Notes under the pieces: generated by a model | The model's database searches: none | The model's input: the letters and a program-made list of their open reading frames with translations, nothing else | What the model was told of the DNA's origin: nothing | Part shown: one piece after another, positions 9,427-19,062 of the stretch | Position numbering within the stretch: the stretch's first letter is position 1 | Layout of the letters: each line of letters opens with the position of its first letter | Position numbers and translations under genes: made by a program | Source: Prochlorococcus marinus subsp. pastoris str. CCMP1986 | Lineage (GTDB): Bacteria; Cyanobacteriota; Cyanobacteriia; PCC-6307; Cyanobiaceae | Reading direction: 5' to 3' | DNA: 32,000 nt | Assembly (NCBI RefSeq): GCF_000011465.1 | Contig: NC_005072.1 | Location: 450,001 to 482,000, forward strand

Positions 9427-10026
9427 ATGATTAAAAATCCTATCCAAGAAGTTACAAATAAATTACAGTACAGGGCAATAGGTATTGTTAAAGGTATTTA
9501 TAAGCCAAATAATATTGATCAATTAAATAGAGGAACATTAACTGATAAGGAAGGAAAAATAATTGAAACAGTTATTCTTGGTAAAGCTATAGCGCTGATA
9601 AAAAAATATATCAATTTAGAGAAGGATTATTTTTGGATTGTTTATCCCAGAAATAAAAACATTAATAATCTACATTTACAGGTAGCTGGTATATGGGATC
9701 CTTATCAGTTAAATCAATTTGATAAAAATAATTCTGAAAAGGATCCTAATCAGTTATTAGAAGAATTAAATTTAAATAATAATTATTTTTCAATAAGAGG
9801 AGAATTGGTCTATGTAAATATAAAAAAGAAAGAGATTGTTATCAAAATTTGTTCTTCTCCACCTTCAAAGAGGTCAAAATATTTAACTTTTAAAATTATT
9901 ATTGAAGGAGAGATCCCTCTTCAATTTCTGAATAACTTTGTAAGCCTCGATGTGATAAGAGATGGAAATACTCTGAGAATGGCTAAGTACGAAATTATCG
10001 AAAAAATAAAACCTGAAAAAGTATAG
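9427..10026 (+). CDS. conserved hypothetical protein (199 aa)
   Basis: Long ORF; sequence reads as coding (RAIGIVKGIYKP...LRMAKYEIIEKI); family not identified. Confidence 0.65.
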   Translation: MIKNPIQEVTNKLQYRAIGIVKGIYKPNNIDQLNRGTLTDKEGKIIETVILGKAIALIKKYINLEKDYFWIVYPRNKNINNLHLQVAGIWDPYQLNQFDKNNSEKDPNQLLEELNLNNNYFSIRGELVYVNIKKKEIVIKICSSPPSKRSKYLTFKIIIEGEIPLQFLNNFVSLDVIRDGNTLRMAKYEIIEKIKPEKV

Positions 10027-10092
10027 AATTGATTATTATTGTCAATTTCTAATCACTTGAATTCTTATTTATTCAAAAATTTATAAAGGATT

Positions 10093-11316
10093 ATGGAAGA
10101 AATTTTAATTGAGTGTTCTCCTGGGGTCTCTGGAGATATGTTATTGGGCGCTTTTTATGATTTGGGGGTGCCAAAAGATGAAATTGAGAAAAAACTCGCA
10201 TGTTTTGGATTAGAAAATTTATATTATTTAAACTTTAGAGAATCTCAAAATTGTTCAATTCGAGGAATAAAGGTTGATGTTGAGAAATTTGATCAAAGTA
10301 CTAAAAGAGATTGGAAAAGTATTAAAAATTTAATTCTGAAGACTCAATTAGAAGAACAATTAAAAAAAAGAATTTATGAAGTTTTCGAGTCTTTAGCTTT
10401 AGCAGAAGGAAGAGTTCATGGTATTAACCCAGAAGAAGTTCATTTTCATGAGATAGGTGCAATCGATTCCTTAGTAGATATTATTGGAGTCTGTACTTCA
10501 ATTGAATATTTAAAGCCAAAGAAGGTTTTTTGTAATGAACCTACTTTAGGGAGAGGTTTTATTAAGGCTGATCATGGCAAATTATCAGTACCATCTCCTG
10601 CGGTAATAGAGTTATTAAGAAAAAAAAATATTAAGGTGATCTCAAATATTGATTCTATAGAGGGCGAATTGTCTACTCCAACGGGAATAGCTTTACTTTG
10701 TAATTTAGTTGAATCTTTCCAAATTCCTTATAAATATTCTATTGATTCCTATGGAGTAGGTCTTGGGAATTTAAATCTTCCATGCCCAAATTTGGTTAGG
10801 GTTTTAAAAATTAATTCTAGTGATGAGAATTTGATAGATCAAAAAATTAGTCCAAGATATGAGGAGATTTGTGTTCAAGAGGCATGGATTGATGATCAAA
10901 CGTCTGAAGAACTAGCTAATTTAATTGAGCGATTTAGAAAAGAAGGAGCTTATGATGTTTCGTCTCAGTCTATTAATATGAAAAAAAACCGAATAGGTTT
11001 TTCTATCCAAGTTATCTTGCCTATTAAAAAGCAGGAGTATTTTAGGAAATTATGGTTTGAATTTTCTACTACTATAGGTTTGAGAGAAAGAATACAAGCG
11101 AGGTGGGTTTTACTGAGAAGAAAGGGGGAGTGTCTAACAACTTTTGGAAAAGTTAAATTTAAACAATCAATGAAACCTAACGGAACTATTTATATGAAAC
11201 CAGAGAATGATGAAATTTTTAGATTGCAAATTGAGAATAATAAAACAGCTGAAGAAGTAAGAACTATCATTACAGAAACATGCAAGGAATTTAAAGCTTT
11301 TGAAGATTGGAAATAA
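10093..11316 (+). CDS. larC: nickel-pincer cofactor biosynthesis protein LarC family (DUF111/TIGR00299)
   Basis: IECSPGVSGDMLLGAFYDLGVP, HFHEIGAIDSLVDIIGVCTSIEYL, STPTGIALL motifs; one continuous ORF. Confidence 0.88.
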   Translation: MEEILIECSPGVSGDMLLGAFYDLGVPKDEIEKKLACFGLENLYYLNFRESQNCSIRGIKVDVEKFDQSTKRDWKSIKNLILKTQLEEQLKKRIYEVFESLALAEGRVHGINPEEVHFHEIGAIDSLVDIIGVCTSIEYLKPKKVFCNEPTLGRGFIKADHGKLSVPSPAVIELLRKKNIKVISNIDSIEGELSTPTGIALLCNLVESFQIPYKYSIDSYGVGLGNLNLPCPNLVRVLKINSSDENLIDQKISPRYEEICVQEAWIDDQTSEELANLIERFRKEGAYDVSSQSINMKKNRIGFSIQVILPIKKQEYFRKLWFEFSTTIGLRERIQARWVLLRRKGECLTTFGKVKFKQSMKPNGTIYMKPENDEIFRLQIENNKTAEEVRTIITETCKEFKAFEDWK

Positions 11317-12269
11317 GAATTAATATGCAAAAAGTTTATTTTATAAATCTTTTAAAGAATATTGACTTTGTAATCCTGAAGAAACTTTTTTTTCTTTTGA
11401 GTATATCTTATTTCTCTTTTTACTTTTTTAAAAGTTTTGATCAAATTTCATTAAATATTGATTTTGATAGAAATGGAAATTATATATTTTTATCATTTTT
11501 ATTTTGTATATTAAGTATTTATTTTAATGGACTAGCTTGGAAAAATATAGTTGCTTGGTTTGGTAAAACCAAGATTAAAGAGAGTTTAATTTCCTTTTAT
11601 GTCCTGACGAATATTCTTAAATATGTGCCAGGAGGTATTTGGCATTTCTTTGAAAGATATAACTTTCTAAAAGATATTAGTAATCCTCAATTAGCTTTTT
11701 ATTCGACACTAATTGAACCTTATTTTATGTTGTGTGCATCTTTCTTATTGGCTTCAGTTGGTATGATTTTTTCCCCATTTTATTTTTTATTACTCATACC
11801 CTTAATATTTCTGAATAGAAAATTAATTTTCCATATTTTAGAAAGGTTAGAAACCTTAAAAGGTAAAACCATTAAATCTTTAAAAATTAACAATGAAAAG
11901 TATCGATTTGAGGAAAGAATAAAAATAATTTCTTTCTTTCCTGCGAGAGCTTTTTTGATTGAGATTCTTTTTGTATTATCAAAATTTATTGGATTTATTA
12001 TTTGCTTTTATATAGTTAATTTAGATAATCAATATAGTATTTTTTATTTATTGGTAATTTTTTGTTTGTCCTGGGCTATTGGATTAATAGTACCTGCTGC
12101 CCCAGGAGGGGTAGGGGTATTTGAGGCTTGTTTTCTCTTTTTTTGTGGAAAAAATATTCCACACAATATAATTTTTCCAAGTTTAATTTATTTTAGATTG
12201 ATATCTACCTCGGCAGATTTATTTTTAGGTCTTCCATTCTTATTAAGAAAATTTTTAAAGAAAATTTAG
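11307..12269 (+). CDS. UPF0104/lysylphosphatidylglycerol synthase TM-region-like integral membrane protein; likely start ATG 11325
   Basis: Multiple TM segments; NILKYVPGGIWHFFERYNFL and LIVPAAPGGVGVFEACFLFF are characteristic of the family. Confidence 0.75.
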   Translation: MEIRINMQKVYFINLLKNIDFVILKKLFFLLSISYFSFYFFKSFDQISLNIDFDRNGNYIFLSFLFCILSIYFNGLAWKNIVAWFGKTKIKESLISFYVLTNILKYVPGGIWHFFERYNFLKDISNPQLAFYSTLIEPYFMLCASFLLASVGMIFSPFYFLLLIPLIFLNRKLIFHILERLETLKGKTIKSLKINNEKYRFEERIKIISFFPARAFLIEILFVLSKFIGFIICFYIVNLDNQYSIFYLLVIFCLSWAIGLIVPAAPGGVGVFEACFLFFCGKNIPHNIIFPSLIYFRLISTSADLFLGLPFLLRKFLKKI

Positions 12270-13861
12270 TCCTTTTTTTCTAAGCTTGGAATTAATGTAC
12301 TTGATGCAATTAGACCCAAGACTGTTATAAAGAATGCAGGTAATAAGGCTTCTGCCATTCGCTCATCTCCAGCATATTGATATATCCTTACAGATAAAGT
12401 ATCAAAGTCGAAAGGTCTAAGAATAAATGTAATTGGTAACTCCTTAATGGTGTCTACAAATACTAAAAGTGATCCAACAAAGATTGGACCTTTTAATAGT
12501 GGAATATGTATCTTCTTGATAACACCAAACCAATTAGAGCCTAGTCCCTTTGCGGCCTCATCAAGGGTTGGAGATATTCTTTCAAATCCAGAATCAAGAG
12601 AACCTTTTGAAATAGTTAAAAATCGAACTACGTAACCCCAGATCAGAAGGAATATAGGAATAAAATAGAACTTTGAATTGGAAATACTTATTAATGAGAT
12701 AGCTAATACAGTTCCTGGGATTGCATATCCAATACCTGCTGGGAATGTTATTAATCTCATAAGTAAATTCTTATTCTGACGATTAGATAGCGTTAATATT
12801 AAAGAGAAAATTAACGCTACTAATGCAGCAATTATTCCAAGGCTAATAGTTCTTAAAGTAAGAGATATTAATTCTGTTGTGAATCCTTTTTTTAACTGAT
12901 CAATATTTAATAGAAACCAAGAAAATGGAATTCCAATAGCAAATAATGGGGGTAATGAAGTAAATAAATATGCTATGTAAGACCTATTTCCTTTTAACTT
13001 AAATCCCAGAGAACTTAATGAGGCAGGATTTTCACTCCAACTCTTTGTCTTCCTTCTTGAAAGTTTTTCAAACAAAATTAAAGTAAAAACTATTATTAAA
13101 GCAACTAATGATAATCCAATAGCGCTCTTAGGATTACCTTCAATGATCCAATTTTCAGTAATACCTTTAGAAATACTTGGAATATTTAGTAACTCAACTG
13201 TCCCTAAATCATTCATAACTTCCATACACATAAGGCTGATTCCAGTTATTAATGCTGGGAAAGCCATTGGAAGAGCAATTTTAAAAAAGCTGCCCCATGG
13301 TCCAACTCCTAATCCTCTACTAGCATTAATTTGATTAACTCCAAATTTATTAAAACTTTCGTTAGCAAGTAAGAAAACATAAGGGTAAGTAGTAATTGAG
13401 AGTATAAGAACTCCCCACCAGAAACCACTTATTTGGTAACCTAAAATACTTCCTAAATCCTGCAATACTGCAGTTAACAAATATGCAGGAGTTGCTAGTG
13501 GAATTAGTTGAAAAATACGAAGAGTTTTCCTTAATCTAAATTCGCAATTTGATAGTAACCAGCCATTTAAGGTCCCTAAACCACCTCCTAGAAAACTAGT
13601 AAGTATTAAAAGTTTTAATGTGCCAAGTATTTCTTTTCTTCCAGAAATACCTAAAGAAAAATTACCACCTAAAATAAAATCTATTCCTTCAATTAAGAAA
13701 TTAAAAATAGGTATTATAAGTGTAAATGCAACTATTAAAGAAGCAATATTTAAAGGTTTTAAATCTGATATTAAATTCTTTGTTTGTTTAATAAAAATTT
13801 TTCTAATATTAAATTGTACTTTATTATGCTTCTTCTCTATAATTAAATCTACAACAATCAA
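12266..13861 (-). CDS. iron(III)-type ABC transporter permease (FbpB/FutB-like)
   Basis: 531 aa, multiple TMs, two permease halves; ALPMAFPALITGISLMCMEVMNDLGTVELLNIPSISKGI and EAAKGLGSNWFGVIKKIHIPLLKGP are EAA-type loops of Fe3+ permeases. Confidence 0.85.
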   Translation of the reverse strand: MIVVDLIIEKKHNKVQFNIRKIFIKQTKNLISDLKPLNIASLIVAFTLIIPIFNFLIEGIDFILGGNFSLGISGRKEILGTLKLLILTSFLGGGLGTLNGWLLSNCEFRLRKTLRIFQLIPLATPAYLLTAVLQDLGSILGYQISGFWWGVLILSITTYPYVFLLANESFNKFGVNQINASRGLGVGPWGSFFKIALPMAFPALITGISLMCMEVMNDLGTVELLNIPSISKGITENWIIEGNPKSAIGLSLVALIIVFTLILFEKLSRRKTKSWSENPASLSSLGFKLKGNRSYIAYLFTSLPPLFAIGIPFSWFLLNIDQLKKGFTTELISLTLRTISLGIIAALVALIFSLILTLSNRQNKNLLMRLITFPAGIGYAIPGTVLAISLISISNSKFYFIPIFLLIWGYVVRFLTISKGSLDSGFERISPTLDEAAKGLGSNWFGVIKKIHIPLLKGPIFVGSLLVFVDTIKELPITFILRPFDFDTLSVRIYQYAGDERMAEALLPAFFITVLGLIASSTLIPSLEKKD

Positions 13862-14918
13862 GCTGATTCTTAATAGTTTGATGATCTAAATCTTTTCCTA
13901 TTAGAACAATTTTATTTGATTTTTTATTTTCCCATTCACAGTCATCAAGAGAAAAACGTTTACCAGATAAATGAAAAATATGTTTTCTTTCGCTTTCCAT
14001 AAACCATAAAATGCCTTTAGCTCTAAATACATTTTGTGAGATTTGATTATCTAAGAAGTTTTGAAACTTTCTTAAAGAAAATGGTTCATTCGTCTTAAAA
14101 GAAATAGATGTAAATCCTTCTATGTTATTTATTAAATCATGAGAATGGGAAGAGTGATCATGAGAATGGGAAGAGTGATCATGAGAATGGGAAGAGTGAT
14201 CATGAGAATGGGAAGAGTGATCATGAGAATGGGAAGAGTGATCATGAGAATGGGAAGAGTGATCATGAGAATCTTGATTACTAATCATTTTCTCTTTAAA
14301 TTGAAAAGTATCTGTTTCGAAAAGTCCCACACTCATTATTGTTTGCAAACCAACTTCACTATTAATCGATCTCAAAATTCTTGGTTCTTTTTTTATCCCA
14401 TTAATGTATTGTTCTATCTTTTTCAAATGTGTATCAGTTACTAAATCACATTTATTTAGTAGTAAAATATCACCATATAGAATTTGTGAGTAGGCAACAT
14501 TAGAGTTTTTTAAATCAAAATCAAAGTTATCTGCATCAATAATAGTAATAATGGAATCTAATCTTACTTTTTCTCTAAGATCACCCCCGGCAAAAGTCAT
14601 TGCTACAGGGAGTGGATCTGCAAGTCCAGTAGTCTCAACAATTAAATAATCTATTTTTTCAGGTCTATCTAATATCTTAGAAACAGTGTTTAATAATTCT
14701 CCGTTTATTGTGCAACAAATGCATCCGTTATTTAATTCGATCATATCTTCAGCAGTTTTTATAATTAATTCATTATCAATACCTATCTCTCCAAATTCAT
14801 TAACTAAAACAGCCGTTTTAATTCCAACTTGATTTTTTAAAATATGATTTAAAAGTGTAGTTTTACCTGAACCCAAGAATCCACTAATAATCGTAATAGG
14901 GAGTAAATTTTCTGCCAT
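13824..14918 (-). CDS. CobW/COG0523-family metal-associated GTPase with His-rich linker
   Basis: Walker A GFLGSGKTTLLNHIL, CxCC motif CICCTING, VETTGLADP, NKCD; His/Asp/Ser repeat before the C-terminal CobW_C-like region. Confidence 0.93.
   Translation of the reverse strand: MAENLLPITIISGFLGSGKTTLLNHILKNQVGIKTAVLVNEFGEIGIDNELIIKTAEDMIELNNGCICCTINGELLNTVSKILDRPEKIDYLIVETTGLADPLPVAMTFAGGDLREKVRLDSIITIIDADNFDFDLKNSNVAYSQILYGDILLLNKCDLVTDTHLKKIEQYINGIKKEPRILRSINSEVGLQTIMSVGLFETDTFQFKEKMISNQDSHDHSSHSHDHSSHSHDHSSHSHDHSSHSHDHSSHSHDHSSHSHDLINNIEGFTSISFKTNEPFSLRKFQNFLDNQISQNVFRAKGILWFMESERKHIFHLSGKRFSLDDCEWENKKSNKIVLIGKDLDHQTIKNQLDCCRFNYREEA
14138..14272. repeat. in-frame tandem repeat, 21-nt period, 6 complete identical copies plus 9 nt
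   Basis: CATGAGAATGGGAAGAGTGAT repeated perfectly at 14138, 14159, 14180, 14201, 14222, 14243, then CATGAGAAT; the minus strand encodes (SHDHSSH)n. Confidence 0.98.
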
Positions 14919-14963
14919 TTTGATGGTTATTTTGAAACTAATATAGTTTTTATGAATTGTAAA

Positions 14964-15254
14964 TTATTTTTCGAAAATATCATTAATTTCTGAAGCGATT
15001 GTTTGATCTAAATTAGTAATTCCGCCTAAATCATGAGTACTTAGTTTAATTATTACTTTTGAATAAACATTTTCCCAATTTGGATGATGGTTATGTTTCT
15101 CGCAAATTAAAGCAATCTTTGTCATAAAGGAGAAGGCTTCTACAAAATTACTAAAATTGAATTCTCTTTCAATATGATTTGTCATAATTCTCCATCCTCC
15201 TATTTTTGCAGATAGTTCTTTTAATTCCTCATGTTCTAAAAGGTATGGTTTCAT
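14964..15254 (-). CDS. 4a-hydroxytetrahydrobiopterin (pterin-4a-carbinolamine) dehydratase-like protein
   Basis: FNFSNFVEAFSFMTKIALICEKHNHHPNWENVYSKVIIKLSTHDLGGITNLD; PCD family with H-H-P-x-W motif. Confidence 0.93.
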   Translation of the reverse strand: MKPYLLEHEELKELSAKIGGWRIMTNHIEREFNFSNFVEAFSFMTKIALICEKHNHHPNWENVYSKVIIKLSTHDLGGITNLDQTIASEINDIFEK

Positions 15255-15260
15255 AACTAT

Positions 15261-15746
15261 TTATTGTGACTGTTTACTACTATAGATACTTGATTTTTTT
15301 TTTCCAATAATATGAACACTTATACTTCTTTTTTTTGTACTAAATCGATGTTCCCATAAATAAATTGCTTGCCAAGTGCCAAGTATGAGTCTACCTTTTT
15401 GAAAGCTTAAAGACAAATTAGTATTTGTTAAAGCAGTTTTAATATGAGCTGGCATATCGTCCTCTCCTTCTTGAAAATGTTCATAATATATCTCCTCTCT
15501 TTCTTTTGATAACGAGGTATAACAGTTGTACGGAACTATAGATTTAATGAACTTTTCTAGATCTTTAAGAACATTTGGATCTGCATTTTCATTAATAGTC
15601 AAACTACAACTTGTGTGTAGTGAGGTTAAGCAAAAAATTCCTGAATCAAAATTACTTTTTTGTATGAATAAATTTAAATCATCAGTAATATCAGTGAAAC
15701 CCTCCCCGTTGGTTATAAAGTTTAATTTTGAGAAAATTTGTTCCAT
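15261..15746 (-). CDS. YjbQ family protein (UPF0047, secondary thiamine-phosphate synthase-like)
   Basis: GFTDITDDL, CLTSLHTSCSLTINENADPNVLKDLEKFI, DDMPAHIKTALT, RLILGTWQAIYLWEHR. Confidence 0.92.
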   Translation of the reverse strand: MEQIFSKLNFITNGEGFTDITDDLNLFIQKSNFDSGIFCLTSLHTSCSLTINENADPNVLKDLEKFIKSIVPYNCYTSLSKEREEIYYEHFQEGEDDMPAHIKTALTNTNLSLSFQKGRLILGTWQAIYLWEHRFSTKKRSISVHIIGKKKSSIYSSKQSQ

Positions 15747-15855
15747 AAATATTTAAAGTCCTAATAAGCAATATCCTATTATGAATATAGTTTGAAAATT
15801 TTATACTTAGAAAAATATTTTGTCTTAAAATAATAAATAATTAAGTTAAATATTT

Positions 15856-17361
15856 TTGTCTGAAAAAGAATGGAATAAGCTTGGAGCTTATTTAAAAGAA
15901 ACTCAAATATTAGGCTCAATACAGAGTACTCTATATTGGGATCAAAATACGGGTATGCCCAAAAAAGGAGCGTCTTGGAGATCTGAACAACTTACGTATA
16001 TCGCAAAAATACTGCATAAGAGAAATTCCTCTGAAGAGTTTTCAGATTTAATTAAGGCTGCTCAGGATGAGTTTAGAGGTGGCTTAGACAAATCATTAAA
16101 TCAAGAAATTATTCGAAGTAAAAAAAGAAACCTTGAATTATTAATCAAGGAATTTAATAGGCAAAAAAATTTAGATGCTAAACTAGTTGAAGCACTTGCT
16201 AAAGCTAAATCAAAAGGTTATGAAAGTTGGCAAGAAGCCAAAAGAAAATCCGATTTTGAGATTTTCTTACCAATTTTTAAAAATTTGATCGAATTACGTA
16301 TTGAAGAGACAAAACAAATATCAGATAAATACACACCTTGGGAAACTTTAGCTCAACCTTTTGAGCCGGATTTAACTCTGGAGTGGTTAAATAAAATTTT
16401 CCAGCCACTTAAAGAAACTATCCCATCTCTAATAAGTGATCTCAATAAATCAGAAAAGTACCACTGGGATTTAAGTCCTAAATCTCAGCAAAATTTATGT
16501 TCTAAATTACTTGATGAGTTTGGGAGAGATGAAGATCTAGTAGTTGTTGCAAAATCTCCCCATCCTTTTTCTATTACTTTAGGCCCAGATGACTATAGGA
16601 TTACTACTAGAGTTGTAGAAGGGGAACCCTTATCAAGTTTTCTAGCTACTGCGCATGAGTGGGGACATTCGATTTATGAGCAGGGTTTGCCATCTCAGAG
16701 TCATCAATGGTTTGCGTGGCCTTTGGGTCAAGCAACATCAATGGGTGTTCATGAAAGCCAATCTTTATTTTGGGAAAATAGGATAGTTAAATCAAAATCT
16801 TTTTCCAAAAGGTTTTTCAAACATTTTGTTTCTGAGGGTTGTTCTTTAAATAACCATTTAGAACTTTGGAAATCTATTAACCATTTGAAAGCAGGTTTAA
16901 ATAGAGTTGAGGCAGATGAATTAAGCTATGGGTTGCATATTTTAATTAGAACTGAACTTGAAATAGATTTAATTGAAGGAGGTCTAGAAGCGAAAGATGT
17001 TCCATCAGAATGGAACAAAAGATATGAGGAACTTTTAGGGATTAGACCATCAAATGATGCTGAGGGTTGTTTGCAAGATGTTCATTGGAGTGAAGGAGCA
17101 TTTGGATATTTCCCTTCGTACTTATTAGGGCATCTTATAAGTGCACAAATCTCTTCGCAAATGGAAAAGGAAATAGGATTAATTGATAATTTAGTTGAAG
17201 ATGGGGAATATGAAAAAATAATTTTATGGTTAAAAAATAATATTCACAACTATGGAAGATCTGTTAACTCTATGAAACTAGTGAGAAATGTCACTGGAGA
17301 AGAACTAACATCAAAGTACTTTGTTAATCATTTGAGATCGAAAATAAAAGATTTCTGCTAA
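15856..17361 (+). CDS. M32-family (Taq) metallocarboxypeptidase; TTG start
   Basis: Zn motif ATAHEWGHSIYEQG, MGVHESQSLFWENR, DEVTYGLH-like DELSYGLHILIR, LEGGLEAKDVPSEWNKRYEELLG. Confidence 0.93.
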   Translation: MSEKEWNKLGAYLKETQILGSIQSTLYWDQNTGMPKKGASWRSEQLTYIAKILHKRNSSEEFSDLIKAAQDEFRGGLDKSLNQEIIRSKKRNLELLIKEFNRQKNLDAKLVEALAKAKSKGYESWQEAKRKSDFEIFLPIFKNLIELRIEETKQISDKYTPWETLAQPFEPDLTLEWLNKIFQPLKETIPSLISDLNKSEKYHWDLSPKSQQNLCSKLLDEFGRDEDLVVVAKSPHPFSITLGPDDYRITTRVVEGEPLSSFLATAHEWGHSIYEQGLPSQSHQWFAWPLGQATSMGVHESQSLFWENRIVKSKSFSKRFFKHFVSEGCSLNNHLELWKSINHLKAGLNRVEADELSYGLHILIRTELEIDLIEGGLEAKDVPSEWNKRYEELLGIRPSNDAEGCLQDVHWSEGAFGYFPSYLLGHLISAQISSQMEKEIGLIDNLVEDGEYEKIILWLKNNIHNYGRSVNSMKLVRNVTGEELTSKYFVNHLRSKIKDFC

Positions 17362-17420
17362 AAATTTACGTTTTAGAATTTGATTGAGTGTGAGGATGTA
17401 GGATAAATAAAAATAATTTT

Positions 17421-18011
17421 TTGATGGCAAACCTTAATCAACCCCCAAGTAGAGTTACCCCAAATTTATTGCATATTTTAGATGCTTTTACAGACAATAC
17501 AAAATCAATCGTTAATACAATAGTTGAGTTAAATTCTAATACTATAAATAAGTATGAGTTAATTACTGAAACGGGACATTTGAAACTTGATAGAGTTGGT
17601 TATTCATCACTTGCATACCCTTTTGCTTATGGATGTATTCCAAGAACTTGGGATGAGGATGGTGATCCTCTTGATATTGAAATAGTTGGTGTTACAGAAC
17701 CACTAGTGCCAGGTTCAATCGTAGAGTCAAGGATAATTGGAGTGATGAAATTTGATGATGGAGGAGAAGTTGATGACAAAGTAATTGCTGTCCTATCAGA
17801 TGATAAGAGAATGGATCATATTCATACTTTTGAGGATCTTGGGGAACATTGGCTTAATGAGACCAAGTATTATTGGGAACATTATAAAGATCTAAAAAAA
17901 CCAGGGACATGTACTGTTAATGGCTTTTATGGAATTGAAGAAGCTGTTAAAGTAATTCAAGATTGTGAATCTAGATACCAAAAAGAAATTGAACCTAAAT
18001 TAGTTGATTAA
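17421..18011 (+). CDS. ppa: inorganic pyrophosphatase (family I)
   Basis: FAYGCIPRTWDEDGDPLDIEIVG and DDKVIAVLSDDKRMDHI motifs. Confidence 0.94.
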   Translation: MMANLNQPPSRVTPNLLHILDAFTDNTKSIVNTIVELNSNTINKYELITETGHLKLDRVGYSSLAYPFAYGCIPRTWDEDGDPLDIEIVGVTEPLVPGSIVESRIIGVMKFDDGGEVDDKVIAVLSDDKRMDHIHTFEDLGEHWLNETKYYWEHYKDLKKPGTCTVNGFYGIEEAVKVIQDCESRYQKEIEPKLVD

Positions 18012-18017
18012 CAAAAA

Positions 18018-18968
18018 TTACTTATCTCTAAATTGTTCAAATATTTCCGAAAGAATTTTATCAGCCCCCTGAAGTTTTAGCTTTTCAGCTAATTTCTTAC
18101 CAACTTCCTCTGGATATTTAATATTTCCTATCGATTCATTTTTAATAAGTCTTTTCCCATCGATAGATGCGACCATTCCTATTAGGGCTATTTCATCATT
18201 TTGAATACTACTATTAACTCCTATAGGAACTTGACATCCCCCTTCAAGTTCTCTTAAAAAAGATCTTTCTGCTAAACATCTTTGGCTCGAAACCTTATCT
18301 TCTAGGACACTTATAATTTTAAGAACTTCTTTATCATCAGATTTACATTCAATTCCTAAAGCACCTTGGCCAACGGCATGAAGGGAAATCTCATTAGGAA
18401 TAATTTGGTGAACTCTTGATTCAAATCCTAATCTTTTTAAACCCGCTGCAGCTAGAATAATACAGTCAAATTCTCCTGAATCTAGTTTTTCTATTCTTGT
18501 AATAACGTTACCCCTAATATCTTTGAAGTCAAGATGCGGAAATTTATATCTTAATTGAGCAAGTCTCCTTAAAGAACTTGTTCCAACGATTGAACCTGGA
18601 GGTAAACTTTCTAATTGATAAATTTTATTTTTTTTGTTAACTACTAAAGCATCTGAAGGGTCTTCTCTTTTTGTAATACATCCTAATGTGAGTCCATCAG
18701 GTAAATTAGTAGGCAAATCTTTCAAGGAATGCACTGCAATATCTGCATGTCCCACAAGCATTTGAGCTTCTAGTTCTTTTGTGAAAAGTCCTTTATCTCC
18801 TATTTTGGCTAAGGCGACATCAAGAATTTTGTCACCTTGAGTTGCCATGGCCTCTATCGATACTTCCAAGTCAGGAATATTTTTTTCTAATTGCTCTTTA
18901 ACCCATAATGTTTGAACCATAGCTAATTTACTTCTTCTACTAGCTATCTTTAATTTAAATTTAGTCAT
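18018..18968 (-). CDS. hemC: porphobilinogen deaminase (hydroxymethylbilane synthase)
   Basis: [55 protein letters not shown]. Confidence 0.97.
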   Translation of the reverse strand: MTKFKLKIASRRSKLAMVQTLWVKEQLEKNIPDLEVSIEAMATQGDKILDVALAKIGDKGLFTKELEAQMLVGHADIAVHSLKDLPTNLPDGLTLGCITKREDPSDALVVNKKNKIYQLESLPPGSIVGTSSLRRLAQLRYKFPHLDFKDIRGNVITRIEKLDSGEFDCIILAAAGLKRLGFESRVHQIIPNEISLHAVGQGALGIECKSDDKEVLKIISVLEDKVSSQRCLAERSFLRELEGGCQVPIGVNSSIQNDEIALIGMVASIDGKRLIKNESIGNIKYPEEVGKKLAEKLKLQGADKILSEIFEQFRDK

Positions 18969-19062
18969 TAAATATTGGTTTGATTAGTTTAAGATAAAGT
19001 CGCATTTATTTTAAACTAATAGTTGCTAACTTTTCAAAGCCGAAAAATTATATTTAACTTTT

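Noticed and set aside
10093-11316. Programmed frameshift in larC as in some lactobacilli
   Set aside because: The ORF is continuous over 407 aa, so no frameshift is needed.
13620-13889. 89-aa + strand ORF over the permease/GTPase overlap
   Set aside because: It is antisense to two well-supported genes and has no recognisable features.
14138-14272. Regularly repeated sequence that could be mistaken for a CRISPR array or minisatellite outside genes
   Set aside because: There are no spacers, the unit is 21 nt and directly tandem, and it is in frame inside a clear COG0523 GTPase.
14139-14444. 101-aa + strand ORF (MRMGRVI repeats)
   Set aside because: It is the shadow of the His-rich repeat on the coding strand; there is no independent evidence.
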